Assembly (NCBI GenBank): GCA_050293845.1
Contig: JBNKNM010000047.1
Location: 1-30,738 of the forward strand
Length of the DNA stretch: 30,738 nt
Reading direction: 5' to 3'
Source: Pseudobacteriovorax sp.
GTDB lineage: Bacteria > Bdellovibrionota_B > Oligoflexia > Oligoflexales > Oligoflexaceae
This document shows positions 30,517 to 30,738 of the stretch, piece by piece. The notes beneath the pieces were generated by a model. The model saw nothing but the letters and a program-made list of their open reading frames with translations. It made no database searches and was not told the DNA's origin. Position 1 is the first letter of the stretch. Every line of letters starts with the position of its first letter. The translations under genes were made by a program, and so were the position numbers.

Positions 30517-30640
30517 AACCAAAAACGAACCAAAATCGGTACAAATCAGTACCAAACCATACAAAATGAACGAAATCTCAAGGCGGATTAAAAGCCAATT
30601 ACTCTAATAAATACAAACTGATACCACTCAATACCAAAAG
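30517..30640 (+). repeat. Helically phased degenerate repeats next to attR (candidate Int arm / Xis sites)
   Basis: AACCAAAA at 30517 and 30528; 10-bp-period units 30537-30576; ATAC at 30611, 30621, 30631. Confidence 0.55.
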
Positions 30641-30661
30641 CCAAAACCATGACTTCCCATC

Positions 30662-30684
30662 GGCGGCATGGGCGGTATGATGTA
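30662..30684 (+). repeat. attR core, duplicate of the groEL 3' end followed by TAA
   Basis: GGCGGCATGGGCGGTATGATGTA identical to 21836-21858. Confidence 0.92.
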
Positions 30685-30738
30685 ATAATCTAACTGTAAA
30701 GTTAGATAGTTACACTGCTCACGACCCCAAGTGAGACG

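Noticed and set aside
30346..30564. 72 aa minus-strand ORF near attR
   Set aside because: Runs through the low-complexity arm repeats; no RBS or motif
30600..30609. TACTCTAATA resembles the pT181 dso nick-loop sequence as I recall it
   Set aside because: No flanking GC-rich hairpin arms, it is on the strand opposite rep, and similar AT-rich words occur elsewhere (e.g. near 30149 and 28153), so probably chance
30517..30650. Possible CRISPR array or iterons
   Set aside because: Units are ~10 bp and degenerate with no spacers and no cas genes; position next to attR favours recombination sites

Overview
The window has two parts. Positions 1 to ~21.9 kb look like bacterial core chromosome, and the gene content suggests Bdellovibrionota/Oligoflexia (inference only). 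This part holds a degenerate Tad/Flp-pilus-like cluster, lipoproteins, an Hpt-REC-REC signalling protein, an SDR, a thioesterase, a Tat-exported GMC oxidoreductase, a translationally coupled mevalonate operon (fni, mvaA, mvaK2, mvaD, mvaK1), two small HTH proteins, a long-chain acyl-CoA ligase and groES-groEL. From 21836 to 30684 lies a complete ~8.8 kb integrated element bounded by a 23-bp direct repeat identical to the 3' end of groEL. It encodes a tyrosine integrase, an excisionase-like HTH, a pT181/Rep_trans-type rolling-circle initiator, a Cro-like HTH and AlpA, but no capsid, terminase or conjugation genes, so it resembles a minimal phage satellite or mobilisable element. Its AT-rich cargo is a stand-alone RES-domain protein and a coupled two-gene operon (NDT-like nucleotide N-glycosidase plus an AAA+ ATPase with a large helical N-terminal domain). 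That operon is the best candidate here for an undescribed anti-phage system. All protein calls come from motif recognition by eye; no database searches were run.
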